The notes beneath the pieces were generated by a model. That model did not search any database. It was not told the origin of the DNA and was given only the letters and a program-made list of their open reading frames with translations. A stretch of DNA of 64,000 nucleotides, from positions 192,001 to 256,000 of the forward strand of contig CAVTBU010000009.1 in NCBI GenBank assembly GCA_963733035.1, read 5' to 3'. Positions 11,099-20,733 of the stretch are shown here, piece after piece (position 1 is the stretch's first letter; the number at the start of each line of letters is the position of its first letter). This DNA comes from Pirellulales bacterium (GTDB lineage Bacteria; Planctomycetota; Planctomycetia; Pirellulales; PALSA-1355). The translations under genes and the position numbers were made by a program.

Positions 11099-11279
11099 TT
11101 CTATATGACCGCCTGGCCAATTCCTGGCCAGTATAGCAAAATCGCACACAACTTGCGTCGCTTCACCACGGTGCCAACAGGACCACCACCTGCAATGAGA
11201 AACGATCCTCGGCCAGTGCTGCCGAGGATCGTTTTGTGGGGTGAATCGCTTTTTTTGAGCGGACTTGTGCCCGAGCCGA

Positions 11280-14200
11280 CTACGTCAGAGCGTCGCCGAG
11301 AAGTTCGAGCGCCGTTTCGTCGACTTCGTTCGCATCGCCAGTTGAAAACAGCTCGTCGAGACCATCGGCGGCATACGACCAATCGGCCGCCAGGGCCCAG
11401 TCGACCTGGGCGGCGCCCAGCGGAGCGGCTTTCGCCAGGACTACGGCCGGAGCAGGTGACTCCGCGTCGGCGGTCACGCTTTTGGCCGGTACTGTCAGCG
11501 ACGCGGCCACGGCGTTTCGCAGGTCGTCGCTTGGTTTACTGGCCAGCGCGTCGCTTGTGCCTAACGGCCGCGCGAGCGGGGCGGGAGGGGGAGAAATCTG
11601 AATGCGCGGCAGGACGCCGGCATTGGTATGGACGATAAACCGATCGTCGAGCGAGCCGTTCCGGTTGATGTCCAAGTTGCTGGTAATCGGGAGGTTCCTG
11701 TATTGCGTCGCCGTACGCACCGCGATCTCGTCCGCCGCGTTGGTGACAAAATAATTCGCCGGCGTGCCTGCCAGCGTATCGCCAATCCGGTTGCCGAAGA
11801 AGAATTCGTCGGGGGACGAAAGGCCCGTGTGGGCGTCGGCCGCGACGATCACTTCGAGATAGGTGTTCTTGATCGCGCCGTCGGGCCAGACGATTTCCAC
11901 GCGGTCGGATCCGCCGTCTCCCTGGCCCGGCAGCACCACCACGGCCGATGGCGCGGGCGCCGCCGCCCAGGTATCGGGTGCGTTGTTGCTTCCCACGCGG
12001 AAGATGAAGTCGGCGGCCGTGATATCCGGATGCGAACCGGCGATGTCGACCATGATGCCGTTAATACCACGCGAGTAGCTGGTGACGTTTTGCGGCCCAG
12101 CCAGGCTGCCATTGGGGAGCAGGGCTTGTTTGTCGGTGGCGATGGCGAACACATCGAAGGGACCAACGCCGGAAATGTTACCGTTGAAGGTCGAGTTGTC
12201 GTAGAAAACGTGCCGGCCGGCGATGACGGTCTGAAAGGTGGCACCAGATTCAAACGCCCCGATGTCCACATGCCGTCCAACGACGCGACTGTACCCCGCG
12301 CCTCGTTGATCGAAGGGCGTCGGTGGATCGGTTGCGTTGGGATCGAACGCCGGATCGCCGGCGTTGATGGCCGGGCTGTCGTCGACAAGCTTGTGCGTCT
12401 GCGTCGGCCCGCCGTTGTCGGCCAGGTTGGTGTCGAGAATTGCGTGGACATCCAGTGCGTGCCCGCTCCCATCGCCGACTATGTTGCCTCTTGTGCCGTA
12501 CACTAAACCGCCGGCTGTTTCCGGATCGGCAATCAGATTGAACGAACTCGCCAGATCGATCTGCCCGCCATCGAGTTGGATATCGCTGGCGGTTGCTGGC
12601 ATTGCATTTGTGAGTCGATTGCCGGCAATGATCGTGCTAGTTAGCATGGTCGTTCCACCCGCCAGGTCGAGCCCACCTCCGGTACCGAACCCATCTCCGT
12701 CCGCATCCGCTTGGTTAACCGCAACCGTGGTATTTGACAGAGTTAGCTGGGTAGTGGCGCCGCCGGTATAAACCCCGCCGCCCGAGGCACCCGCCGCATT
12801 GCCTGACAGAGTGCTGCTGGCCAAGGTCGCAATGGAGCCAGCCGCGTTATAGAGGCCGCCTCCCTCGACGGCCGCCTGGTTTACCGACAAGGTGCTGTCG
12901 GCGACAGTGACCACTGCCTGGTTGGCATTGAAGATCGCGCCGCCGCTGGCCGATGCCGTATTCTCACTGAGCGTGCTACTCGTGATTTGACACTGCGCCG
13001 CCTGCAGGTTGTTGACACCGCCGCCGTATCCGTTGGTGGCCGCGTTCCCGGAAATCGTACTCAACGCAATCTGCAGCACACTGTTGTTACCCATGTTAAA
13101 AACTCCGCCTCCGCTGGCGGCGGAATTGCCGGTGAGCGTGCTACGCTCAAGCACCGTGACGCTACCGTGGGAAACTCCACCGTTATTGATTCCGCCGCCC
13201 GAATTGTTGGCCGTGTTGCCCGAGAGGATGGTGTCGGTCACGGCGACAGCTGCTATTGCTATTTGGGGAAAAACCGAATAGTTGTCGATGGCGCCGCCAC
13301 GGTTTGTCGCGGTGTTGTCTGACAGGGTACTGGCGTTTATCGTTGTCGTTCCCGCACTGATGGAGATTGCGCCACCGTTTTCCGCGACGTTGGAGGAGAT
13401 GTTGCTAGAGTTGATCGTCAATTCTCCACTGCCAGCGGCGTAGATTCCCCCACCGGACGCTGCGGAGTTGCCCGTGATCGTGCAATCGTTGATGGTCCCC
13501 CCGCCGATTTGGATCGCGCCGCCGTAACTTTCCGCAGAGTTGTTTGAAAGAGTGACGCGTGAGAACGATGCCAGACTAGCGTAAACTGCTCCGCCAAAGC
13601 GGCTCGAATTGCCCGTAAGCGTGCTGTCACTCATGGATAAGAGGCTGTATCGTGTCCCTGTGTCATCGTAGATGGCCCCGCCCTCGTCTTGTGCTGCGTT
13701 GTCGGAAAACGTGGTCTCCTCAATCGTTAGCTCCGGCAAAAGGTGTGGCGCGATTAGGCTGATCGCGCCACCAATGATTGCGCGGTTTCCCACAAATACG
13801 CAATTGTTAACCCTCACTCGGGCATCCACATCGGCTAGTGCGCCACCGCGACCGCTCCAACCGCCAGTAAGTGTGAGCCCCTCGACGTCGAGGGACGCCC
13901 CGCTGTGTGCATCGAGAATCCGGTCGCCGTAGCCGAGGCTGGGGTCAACCAGGCCGGAAGCGTCGATCGTCGTCGTGTCGGCGCCCGCGCCGACGATCGT
14001 GACGCTGCCGCTACTGAGAATGTCCAAGTCGCCCGTGAGCGCGGCATCTTCATTCGCCCCTTGGATTGTCAAGGTATAGGTGCCGGCGGGGAGCACGATC
14101 TGGTAGTCATTCGGCGAGGCGTTTGCTTCGAGCACGGCTTCGCGCAAGGAGACGAGGCCGTCGTTCGGATCGATGACGTCCTGGGTGGTGGTCACTTCGA

Positions 14201-14348
14201 CCACCGTGGCCGTCAGCAGGTGACGCTGTTCGAGGGCTTCGAGTCTGAGGCTGGAAAACCGGCTGGAAGCGAAATTGCGGGAACGTGCAAAACGCTGGGG
14301 GCGCGCAACAGCGCATGGTCCGCGCGGGACCGTTCGATAGGTCGACAT
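11280..14348 (-). CDS. Exported CSLREA / right-handed beta-helix (Pmp-like GGAI repeats) / choice-of-anchor Q protein
   Basis: LEALEQRHLL, VSLREAV, repeated NxAxxGGAI, LADNGGPTQTH…SPAINAG, DQRG…DIGAFE. Confidence 0.85.
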   Translation of the reverse strand: MSTYRTVPRGPCAVARPQRFARSRNFASSRFSSLRLEALEQRHLLTATVVEVTTTQDVIDPNDGLVSLREAVLEANASPNDYQIVLPAGTYTLTIQGANEDAALTGDLDILSSGSVTIVGAGADTTTIDASGLVDPSLGYGDRILDAHSGASLDVEGLTLTGGWSGRGGALADVDARVRVNNCVFVGNRAIIGGAISLIAPHLLPELTIEETTFSDNAAQDEGGAIYDDTGTRYSLLSMSDSTLTGNSSRFGGAVYASLASFSRVTLSNNSAESYGGAIQIGGGTINDCTITGNSAASGGGIYAAGSGELTINSSNISSNVAENGGAISISAGTTTINASTLSDNTATNRGGAIDNYSVFPQIAIAAVAVTDTILSGNTANNSGGGINNGGVSHGSVTVLERSTLTGNSAASGGGVFNMGNNSVLQIALSTISGNAATNGYGGGVNNLQAAQCQITSSTLSENTASASGGAIFNANQAVVTVADSTLSVNQAAVEGGGLYNAAGSIATLASSTLSGNAAGASGGGVYTGGATTQLTLSNTTVAVNQADADGDGFGTGGGLDLAGGTTMLTSTIIAGNRLTNAMPATASDIQLDGGQIDLASSFNLIADPETAGGLVYGTRGNIVGDGSGHALDVHAILDTNLADNGGPTQTHKLVDDSPAINAGDPAFDPNATDPPTPFDQRGAGYSRVVGRHVDIGAFESGATFQTVIAGRHVFYDNSTFNGNISGVGPFDVFAIATDKQALLPNGSLAGPQNVTSYSRGINGIMVDIAGSHPDITAADFIFRVGSNNAPDTWAAAPAPSAVVVLPGQGDGGSDRVEIVWPDGAIKNTYLEVIVAADAHTGLSSPDEFFFGNRIGDTLAGTPANYFVTNAADEIAVRTATQYRNLPITSNLDINRNGSLDDRFIVHTNAGVLPRIQISPPPAPLARPLGTSDALASKPSDDLRNAVAASLTVPAKSVTADAESPAPAVVLAKAAPLGAAQVDWALAADWSYAADGLDELFSTGDANEVDETALELLGDALT

Positions 14349-14614
14349 GGCTCTTCCTCTGTCCGTAGGAACGCGATAACGAAAATAAGACGCACTTCGC
14401 TCGGCCGGACTCTCGCGTTGCCCTCGCGAGCCTCTTCGTCCTGCCAACTGTCGACCCGATTTTCGTCCGCGTGGGCCACGCGAAAAATAAACGATCCAAA
14501 AGGAGGCGGCCCACACGCCACCCGTCAGAGTAAAGGAACCCGCTAGCTTTGTCCAGAGAATTCCGGGCAAAAAGTTCGGTGAGCCAAGCGATAGTGAACG
14601 CGACGATCAGACGC

Positions 14615-15039
14615 CTACGTCCACAGGTTCCGGTCGAGCGTGCGGTAGTTGATCGCCTCGCTGATGTGCTCGGGACGGATCGACTCGCTGGACTCGATGT
14701 CGGCGATGGTACGGGCGAGGCGCAGGATTTTGTCGTGCGCCCGGGCCGAAAGGCCGAGTTCGGTCATCGTGGCGCGAAGGAGATTCATACAGGGGTCGTC
14801 CAAGGGGCAGAACTGCCGAATCTGCCGGTGCGTCATGCGGCCGTTGTGACGGGTGCCAGTTCCGGCGAAGCGAGCTTGTTGCACTTCGCGGGCGGCTTCC
14901 ACGACCTCGCGCATCTGGGCGCTGGAGGTGCCCGGCGTTTTCGCCGAAAGTTCGCGGAAGGGAACGGCCGGCACTTCGATTTGGATGTCGATGCGGTCGA
15001 GCAGGGGGCCGGAAATCTTGGCCATGTAGCGTTCGACTT
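14615..15039 (-). pseudogene. comM: 3' part of comM (YifB family Mg-chelatase-like AAA+ helicase), interrupted by the element
   Basis: VERYMAKISGPLLDRIDIQIEV … LGLSARAHDKILRLARTIAD; joins in frame to 33281-34396. Confidence 0.95.
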
Positions 15040-15057
15040 ACGGAACCTTAGAAAACC
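15009..15057. other. Left attachment junction (comM arm + TT core + element arm ACGGAACCTTAGAAAACC)
   Basis: comM homology ends at 15039; the element arm is the inverted counterpart of 33263-33280. Confidence 0.88.
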
Positions 15058-15231
15058 TTACGCCGGAAATGATCGAAGCTTTAGGGGTCATTGATCGGGT
15101 GTTCGACGGCTCGGCTATCCCCCAGGAGAAGCCACCCAGCCCCATGCCTAAGGCAATCTAACCGTTTCCGCCGCATTCGGGGCCACGGAGGGCGCGGGTG
15201 CACCACCTACGCAACAGGGAGATTGACGACG

Positions 15232-16014
15232 ATGTGTCTAGTTGAATCAATCGACCGGGCAATTGAGTTTGTCCGTGAACATGAGCTGCTAATGACGGAG
15301 GACGATGTGGATGAGCTAATACGGATCGCGGGCAGGGTCGTCGAGTTGGCTTTCCGCAGCGGCCTTCATTATGTTCTGCCGGGCATCGACATGCGTTCGC
15401 TGGTTGAATATCCCAGCGTGTCGGAGCCTCCCGTTGTATTGTCCGCCCTCAACGTGCCGGGCGATTGGAGTCGTGATGTTCTTAACCTGGAGGGTGAAAC
15501 ACTTGAACGTGCGTTTCTGCCGTGCGTGCCGGACCGTTGGTACGAAGCAATGATGATTCTACGATCTCTGGCCTGCCGTGACGCTCCTGCGGAGGAGCCG
15601 AACCAGCCCCAACCCAAGAAGCCCAAGGCAAAGGGCATGGGCCGAGAGGAGGTATTCAAGCGACTGGTGGAGCTGTGGCAGCAGGGAGAGCCGTTCACCA
15701 CTTGTGAGGAAATGGCTGAGCGGTTTGGTTGTTCTGATACCACCGTCCACCGAGCAATCCAGCGCAGTGAGAAGCTAAAGGCTTGGGCTGCGAAAGGGCC
15801 GAAGCGTACCCAACGGCTCGATGACGTAGTGCTAGACCGGACGGCTCAGAGCCGGGAGCCCGCACCGGACGATGACGCCCAATTGCGAGAATTGATTGAA
15901 CAGGCCGAACCGTCTTTGCGAGCATTCTTACACACAGTGCCACCCGAGAAACTGCGGCAGATGTCGGCCGATGATTTGAAGCAGCTAGTAGTCAATCCTG
16001 AGTGCAGAGCCTAG
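15232..16014 (+). CDS. HTH DNA-binding protein (putative element regulator)
   Basis: TCEEMAERFGCSDTTVHRAIQR helix-turn-helix; GGGAG upstream of ATG 15232. Confidence 0.65.
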   Translation: MCLVESIDRAIEFVREHELLMTEDDVDELIRIAGRVVELAFRSGLHYVLPGIDMRSLVEYPSVSEPPVVLSALNVPGDWSRDVLNLEGETLERAFLPCVPDRWYEAMMILRSLACRDAPAEEPNQPQPKKPKAKGMGREEVFKRLVELWQQGEPFTTCEEMAERFGCSDTTVHRAIQRSEKLKAWAAKGPKRTQRLDDVVLDRTAQSREPAPDDDAQLRELIEQAEPSLRAFLHTVPPEKLRQMSADDLKQLVVNPECRA

Positions 16015-16021
16015 GCCCAGC

Positions 16022-16085
16022 AGAAACGTTTCTCAGGCATTTCTCCGCAAAAACACGGCATTTCTAGCAAAAACCGGAAACGTTT
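16022..16085. promoter_or_regulatory. Operator-like array: two AAACGTTT palindromes around two GGCATTTCT-N1-2-GCAAAAAC direct repeats
   Basis: AGAAACGTTTCT 16022-16033; repeats at 16036-16054 and 16057-16074; GAAACGTTT 16077-16085. Confidence 0.55.
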
Positions 16086-16133
16086 ACCACCTATAGAGGC
16101 CCGCGATTTTGGGCTGGAAAGGATTGGTGAACG

Positions 16134-16355
16134 ATGAACGACGGTACTGCTCCCCGGCTGCGTACGCCGGGCATTATCGCTGTGGAGTTAAAGGCTCCAC
16201 TCTCCCGAGTGCTCTACGTCTTACGCACTCGCCCCCACATTCGTCCGGCTGCCTACGCTGGCACGATCCGCCTCTACCGCGAAGACGCTGTGGCGATGGT
16301 CCGCCATGAGCTCAACGCGATTGACTCTAGAAAGGGGGGCCGAAGCGATGCCTAA
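16134..16355 (+). CDS. Small HTH protein, excisionase/AlpA-like
   Basis: 73 aa, TPGIIAVEL…RVLYVL…RLY pattern; overlaps the start of the helicase gene. Confidence 0.55.
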   Translation: MNDGTAPRLRTPGIIAVELKAPLSRVLYVLRTRPHIRPAAYAGTIRLYREDAVAMVRHELNAIDSRKGGRSDA

Positions 16356-17943
16356 GCGTGACGACTGCAGGAGGGAAGACCCTATTGCGAAGCGGCCCGA
16401 GTTCAAAAAACGCCTCAAAGAAGCTGAACTGGCATACCAGGTGCGTGACAAGAGGAGCATAGGTGAAGAGCTTACGCCAGAGGAAGAAGACATCTACCTG
16501 TTGGACGTTGCTCGACGTACGGAGCAAGCCCTATCCAAGAGAGATCCAAACGCCAAGTCACCGGCTCGTGCACCACTCCTCACGAGGCGGACGAAACACG
16601 ACTCAACCGATGAGCAAAAACTAGATCGGCTCCGACGTGAATGTGCGGAGTTTAACGGACCACCGACCCTTGGCCCGCACGGTGACCTGCGCACGATGGC
16701 CCAGGTGTTGGCTTTGCTTCAACATGCCACGCCATTGCGTGACGCGTTCCTGGAGGGAGTTGGTATTCCACCGTCCGCTCTCTCAGTCCGTGTTTGTGAC
16801 CGACTATCCCACGGGATTTTGGAGGATCTTGACCGCACGGAGGCGTCAGGAATCTGGGATATACCCTGGGAGAAGCTAGAGATTGATCGCCAGGAACGTC
16901 GTCCACGCCAAGGCATCAACACCCGTCGATTGTCGGACGTTTTGGCCCATGAAGTCGAATGGCAGTGGCCAGGCGTGACCGCCCTAGGAAAGTTGACCCT
17001 GTTCAGCGGCAATCCAGGCGTGGGTAAGACCTGGCTGGCGTTGGATATCATAGCCCGACTTACAACCGGTCGCCCTTTTCCGCTCCAGGCGAATCCGCCC
17101 AACGTTGACCGTAAATTTCCAAAGGGTGAATTACTTGTCGGCGGGTCAATCCGGCGCAATGCGTTGTTCATAAGTGCGGAAGACGCAGACGAAGATACCG
17201 TCAAGCCACGAATCGAGCTACTTGGTGGCGATTCGACGCGGATTCACACGTTGGACTTCATTTTTGAGAACCGCAATAGAAGAACCCTCTCGCTCGCGGA
17301 CCATATCAACTATTTAGACAAGTGGCTCTTTTCTGAGCCGATGGTTGAACTCGTGGTGATTGACCCGCTAACCGCGTTCCTGGGGAAAACAGACAGTCAC
17401 AAGAACGCGGACGTGCGAGCCGTCTTGGAGCCGTTATCGAAAGTGGCGGAAAAACGACGCGTAGCCATCATCGGCGTCAACCATCTCACCAAGGGAACGG
17501 AAGGATCAGCCGTACATCGCTCGATGGGCTCGATTGGCTTTATGGCTGCTGCCCGAGTCGCATGGCAAGTCACTGCCGATCCTGATGAGCCAGACCGTAG
17601 CCTAATGCTGCCCGTCAAGGTCAACATCGGGAAGACCCCACGGGGCTTAGCGTTTCGGCTCAGCGAAACGACCGGCATCGAGTGGGAACAGGAAAGCATT
17701 GATCTGACCGCTGACGAAGCCCTCAACGGACCACGCGAGAGCAAGCTTGACGACGCTAAGGACTTCTTGCGCAACCTGCTGCGAGAGGGGCCAATGCCTG
17801 CGACGGCGGTGGAGGACGCAGCCGCGAAGGCAAGAATCTTCGGATCGACACTCAAGACCGCCAAACGGCAACTCGGCATCAAGTCCGAAAAGAGCCCGGC
17901 ACCGAACGGCGGTTGGGAGTGGCGGCTACCGGAGCGTCGGTAA
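16348..17943 (+). CDS. AAA (RepA/AAA_25-type) replicative helicase of the element
   Basis: Walker A GNPGVGKT, ISAED, Walker B LVVIDPL, NHLTK, GSIGFMAAAR; RBS AAGGGGG before ATG 16348. Confidence 0.85.
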   Translation: MPKRDDCRREDPIAKRPEFKKRLKEAELAYQVRDKRSIGEELTPEEEDIYLLDVARRTEQALSKRDPNAKSPARAPLLTRRTKHDSTDEQKLDRLRRECAEFNGPPTLGPHGDLRTMAQVLALLQHATPLRDAFLEGVGIPPSALSVRVCDRLSHGILEDLDRTEASGIWDIPWEKLEIDRQERRPRQGINTRRLSDVLAHEVEWQWPGVTALGKLTLFSGNPGVGKTWLALDIIARLTTGRPFPLQANPPNVDRKFPKGELLVGGSIRRNALFISAEDADEDTVKPRIELLGGDSTRIHTLDFIFENRNRRTLSLADHINYLDKWLFSEPMVELVVIDPLTAFLGKTDSHKNADVRAVLEPLSKVAEKRRVAIIGVNHLTKGTEGSAVHRSMGSIGFMAAARVAWQVTADPDEPDRSLMLPVKVNIGKTPRGLAFRLSETTGIEWEQESIDLTADEALNGPRESKLDDAKDFLRNLLREGPMPATAVEDAAAKARIFGSTLKTAKRQLGIKSEKSPAPNGGWEWRLPERR

Positions 17944-17954
17944 TGCTATCCCGC

Positions 17955-18114
17955 GACCCCTTCACCCCCTTCGACTCCTTCGACAAATCTCCCACAAAAT
18001 TTGGGGGTAATCGAAGAAGGTGGTTTCACCCCCTTCGACTCCTTCAACTCACCAATTTTTGAAGGGGGTGAAGAAGGTGAAGGGGACGAAGGGGGTGAAG
18101 AAGACGAAGAAAGT
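17955..18114. repeat. Putative replication origin: convergent arrays of 9-bp iterons (ACCCCCTTC / GAAGGGGGT)
   Basis: Exact 21-bp repeat TTCACCCCCTTCGACTCCTTC at 17961-17981 and 18025-18045; six GAAG-led 9-mers in reverse orientation at 18061-18114; A/T runs between them; immediately after the helicase gene. Confidence 0.7.
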
Positions 18115-18226
18115 TACCCCCATCGCACACCCGGACTGACACCCTTGTTGCCTTCCCCCAGGAAGCAGTCGCTAGACGACGCTTGTGAAGGTTGCGAAGC
18201 AAACTGACCAACGGAGAAACACCGCG

Positions 18227-18445
18227 ATGACTGAACGACTCGCTAGGTACGAAGAGTTGCTGAAACGGGCTCGCCTAAATGTCCTGCTGCTACGGCGGGA
18301 GATTCTGCGAGTGGAGCGGGCGATGGGCAAAGGACTGCCCCCGCTCGACATAGAGCCTTGGCGTGTAGAGGTTTTGGACATGCGACGGATTGAGAAAGTG
18401 ATTCTGGGCCTAATCGAGTTGGAGAAAAACCGCACGCAGACTTGA
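18227..18445 (+). CDS. Small hypothetical coiled-coil protein
   Basis: GGAGA RBS, 72 aa MTERLARYEELL…. Confidence 0.55.
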   Translation: MTERLARYEELLKRARLNVLLLRREILRVERAMGKGLPPLDIEPWRVEVLDMRRIEKVILGLIELEKNRTQT

Positions 18446-18533
18446 CTTCCTGAATGGGGACATACGATTGTTATTAGCGTATAACCCACTTGGGTGGTTA
18501 GATATCCCCTCATTCATAGGAGAGACTAGCGAG

Positions 18534-19139
18534 ATGGCTATAGACTATTCAAAGTTGATTGGGAAGCGTTCAAAGTTGATCCCCATCGTCCCAACTTCGG
18601 ACCTGTACTTAGCGAACCTGGCAAGAGACTGCGCCGACGGGCACCGCTTCGCCAGAATCTTTAGGGATACATGGCGTCAGATTCCATTGGGGGATCGGCG
18701 GCGAATGGTGAAGCATTGGCACACCGATGAAAGAATGGATTCTGGCTGGTCCCACCCGCGTATATCGCGGAGGATGGAGCGGGAAAGATTTCCCATCTCG
18801 CGTTCTGATTACATTGCGAGTATCCAGCTAATTGCGGGCTGGAATAAAGAATATATCTACCCACACTATCTACCGGACGACGCCGAACATTGCGGTGCGT
18901 TTGTCACTGTCGCCGCAATGGGTCATAAGTTATGGTTCCACGCGCCATCGGTTGCACGGATGCCGGACAATGTTGTGGCGAACTTGATAGCCAAGGGGCT
19001 GGCTCATGTGTATCAGTGGGCGACAGAGCCGGAGCTGTTTGACGATCCAGATGACCCAGGCAACACGGAGTACCTTGAAGGGGACGCCAACCAGAAAGTT
19101 GAGAGTTGGGGCTTTGAACTGTACTCGATTGAGGAATAG
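18534..19139 (+). CDS. Hypothetical protein with degenerate zincin-like motif
   Basis: AGGAGA RBS; LIAKGLAHVYQ…EGDAN resembles HExxH…E with the first His and the Glu replaced. Confidence 0.55.
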   Translation: MAIDYSKLIGKRSKLIPIVPTSDLYLANLARDCADGHRFARIFRDTWRQIPLGDRRRMVKHWHTDERMDSGWSHPRISRRMERERFPISRSDYIASIQLIAGWNKEYIYPHYLPDDAEHCGAFVTVAAMGHKLWFHAPSVARMPDNVVANLIAKGLAHVYQWATEPELFDDPDDPGNTEYLEGDANQKVESWGFELYSIEE

Positions 19140-19165
19140 CTGCACTCCCGAGCTGGATGAATCGA

Positions 19166-19206
19166 CCATCTACAGAATCCAACAACCCACTACGCCTACC
19201 CCTAGC
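19166..19206 (+). repeat. 41-bp direct repeat, copy 1 (CCATCTACAGAATCCAACAACCCACTACGCCTACCCCTAGC)
   Basis: Identical to 26873-26913. Confidence 0.95.
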
Positions 19207-19261
19207 ACTCACGGCTGGCGAATCGCTTCGCTTTATCGTGTTGCAGTCAATGAAGTGCCTG

Positions 19262-20449
19262 TCAGTCTGCATCGCCAAACGCGAGCAGCTCACCGCCTTT
19301 GCTTAGAAACAGCAGTTTCCCATTGGTCATCAAACCTTCGATTCGCTCGCTATCGGAAGCACCGATCTTCCATTTCAATTCGCCGTTGGCTGCGTCTAGC
19401 CCGTAGAGCTGGCCGTACAAGGTGGCAACATATACCAACCCGCCACCGAGAAGAGGCGGATCATAAATCGGCGCACCATGACCTGGAACATAATCGCATT
19501 TGAATTTCCAGATCATCTTGCCAGTTTCTGCGTTGAGTCGATAGACGCTCCCGTTGAGGGATCCAAAAAATACAGCGTCGCCTTGCACGGCGGCAGCGGC
19601 TTCCACCTCGAAGCCGCAATGGAAATCCCATTTAACCAGGCCAGTTTCCCTGTCAAGGCAATACAAACGCCTATCCTTTGAACCGATATACACATACTTT
19701 TCAGTGACAACAGGATTGCCGTAAATCCAACCCTTGGTCTGAAAGGACCATTTTACCTGCGCCGTCTCGCAATTAATGGCAACGATTCGCGACTGATCAA
19801 AGATAGGCTGAAACAAGGTCTTTCCATCGGTGGCCGGCATCCTGGGCCTGGCTCCATCAGCGCCAATTCGGCCTCGCCTAGCATCGAAACCGGGCGGCGA
19901 CGGTGGTGCGTCCTTCAGCAAGTCGACAGTCCACTTGCAAACGCCAGACTTTGCATCAAATGCATAGACTAAGCCGTCTTCCGCCATGAAAACCAACAAA
20001 TCGCCGATCATCACCGGCACGAAACCTTGTGAGCCCGTCTCCCGTGTCCAAACCACGTTGCCGTTGGAGGTGTTAATCGCGACCACGTATTTCTCCGTCA
20101 AAAAGTACGCAACGTCGGCCATGACCAAAGATAATTTCAGTGGCGCTGCGTACGCTGGGCAGTTTGCATACCGTAGCAATGTTCCGTCAGAAGCTCGGCA
20201 TGAGCTCAGCTGCTGGCGATCCACCGAATAAAGGAGGTCGCCAGCAGGAATCACGTTCGTTCCATGCTGTCTCCAGACAACCTTTGGTTCGTGTTCCAAT
20301 TTCAGTCTCGAATCGCAATTCGTTCTGGCTTGGTCCACTTGCAAAATCGCATCCGCGCCATAAAGTAGCGCCCTCGCATCGAGAGTAAATGACAAGGCCA
20401 TGGCAAGAGCCACACTTGTGTAACGTGCGGGCCGCTTAGTGTTCAGCAT
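19262..20449 (-). CDS. PQQ-like (BamB-type) beta-propeller repeat protein, exported
   Basis: Repeated xxYAxDxxTGxxxW blades; signal-peptide-like N-terminus. Confidence 0.85.
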   Translation of the reverse strand: MLNTKRPARYTSVALAMALSFTLDARALLYGADAILQVDQARTNCDSRLKLEHEPKVVWRQHGTNVIPAGDLLYSVDRQQLSSCRASDGTLLRYANCPAYAAPLKLSLVMADVAYFLTEKYVVAINTSNGNVVWTRETGSQGFVPVMIGDLLVFMAEDGLVYAFDAKSGVCKWTVDLLKDAPPSPPGFDARRGRIGADGARPRMPATDGKTLFQPIFDQSRIVAINCETAQVKWSFQTKGWIYGNPVVTEKYVYIGSKDRRLYCLDRETGLVKWDFHCGFEVEAAAAVQGDAVFFGSLNGSVYRLNAETGKMIWKFKCDYVPGHGAPIYDPPLLGGGLVYVATLYGQLYGLDAANGELKWKIGASDSERIEGLMTNGKLLFLSKGGELLAFGDAD

Positions 20450-20643
20450 GACGATTTTCCCCAAGGTGATTAACGAGCCAAGCGAAGAGAGCTCAGCGAC
20501 AAAAGATCCTGGCAAAGATCACTATAGCGAAGGTGCGCCGAGCGGTAAGTGGGCTGCCTACCCTTGACCGCCAAGCTGCTCCCGAGCGGCAACACCACGG
20601 AGATCAGAAACAGCATTCCGCGGTCTTGCAAATCTCGGGACTC

Positions 20644-20662
20644 ACAACCCACTACGCCCACC
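20644..20662 (+). repeat. Partial third copy of the 41-bp repeat
   Basis: ACAACCCACTACGCCCACC vs ACAACCCACTACGCCTACC (18/19). Confidence 0.75.
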
Positions 20663-20700
20663 TCAATCCAGCTCCTCTCGCACGTTAGTTATAGGGCTCA

Positions 20701-20733
20701 GTAAGTCGAACGCTACATGGCCAAGATTTCCGG
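20701..20733 (+). repeat. 33-bp perfect inverted copy of the left att junction (comM fragment + TT core)
   Basis: GTAAGTCGAACGCTACATGGCCAAGATTTCCGG is the reverse complement of 15009-15041. Confidence 0.95.

Noticed and set aside
17955..18114. CRISPR array
   Set aside because: Units are 9 bp, contiguous and partly inverted, with no unique spacers and no cas genes.
18001..18207. 68-aa Glu/Gly-rich ORF
   Set aside because: Simply the translation of the iteron repeats; TTG start with no clear RBS.
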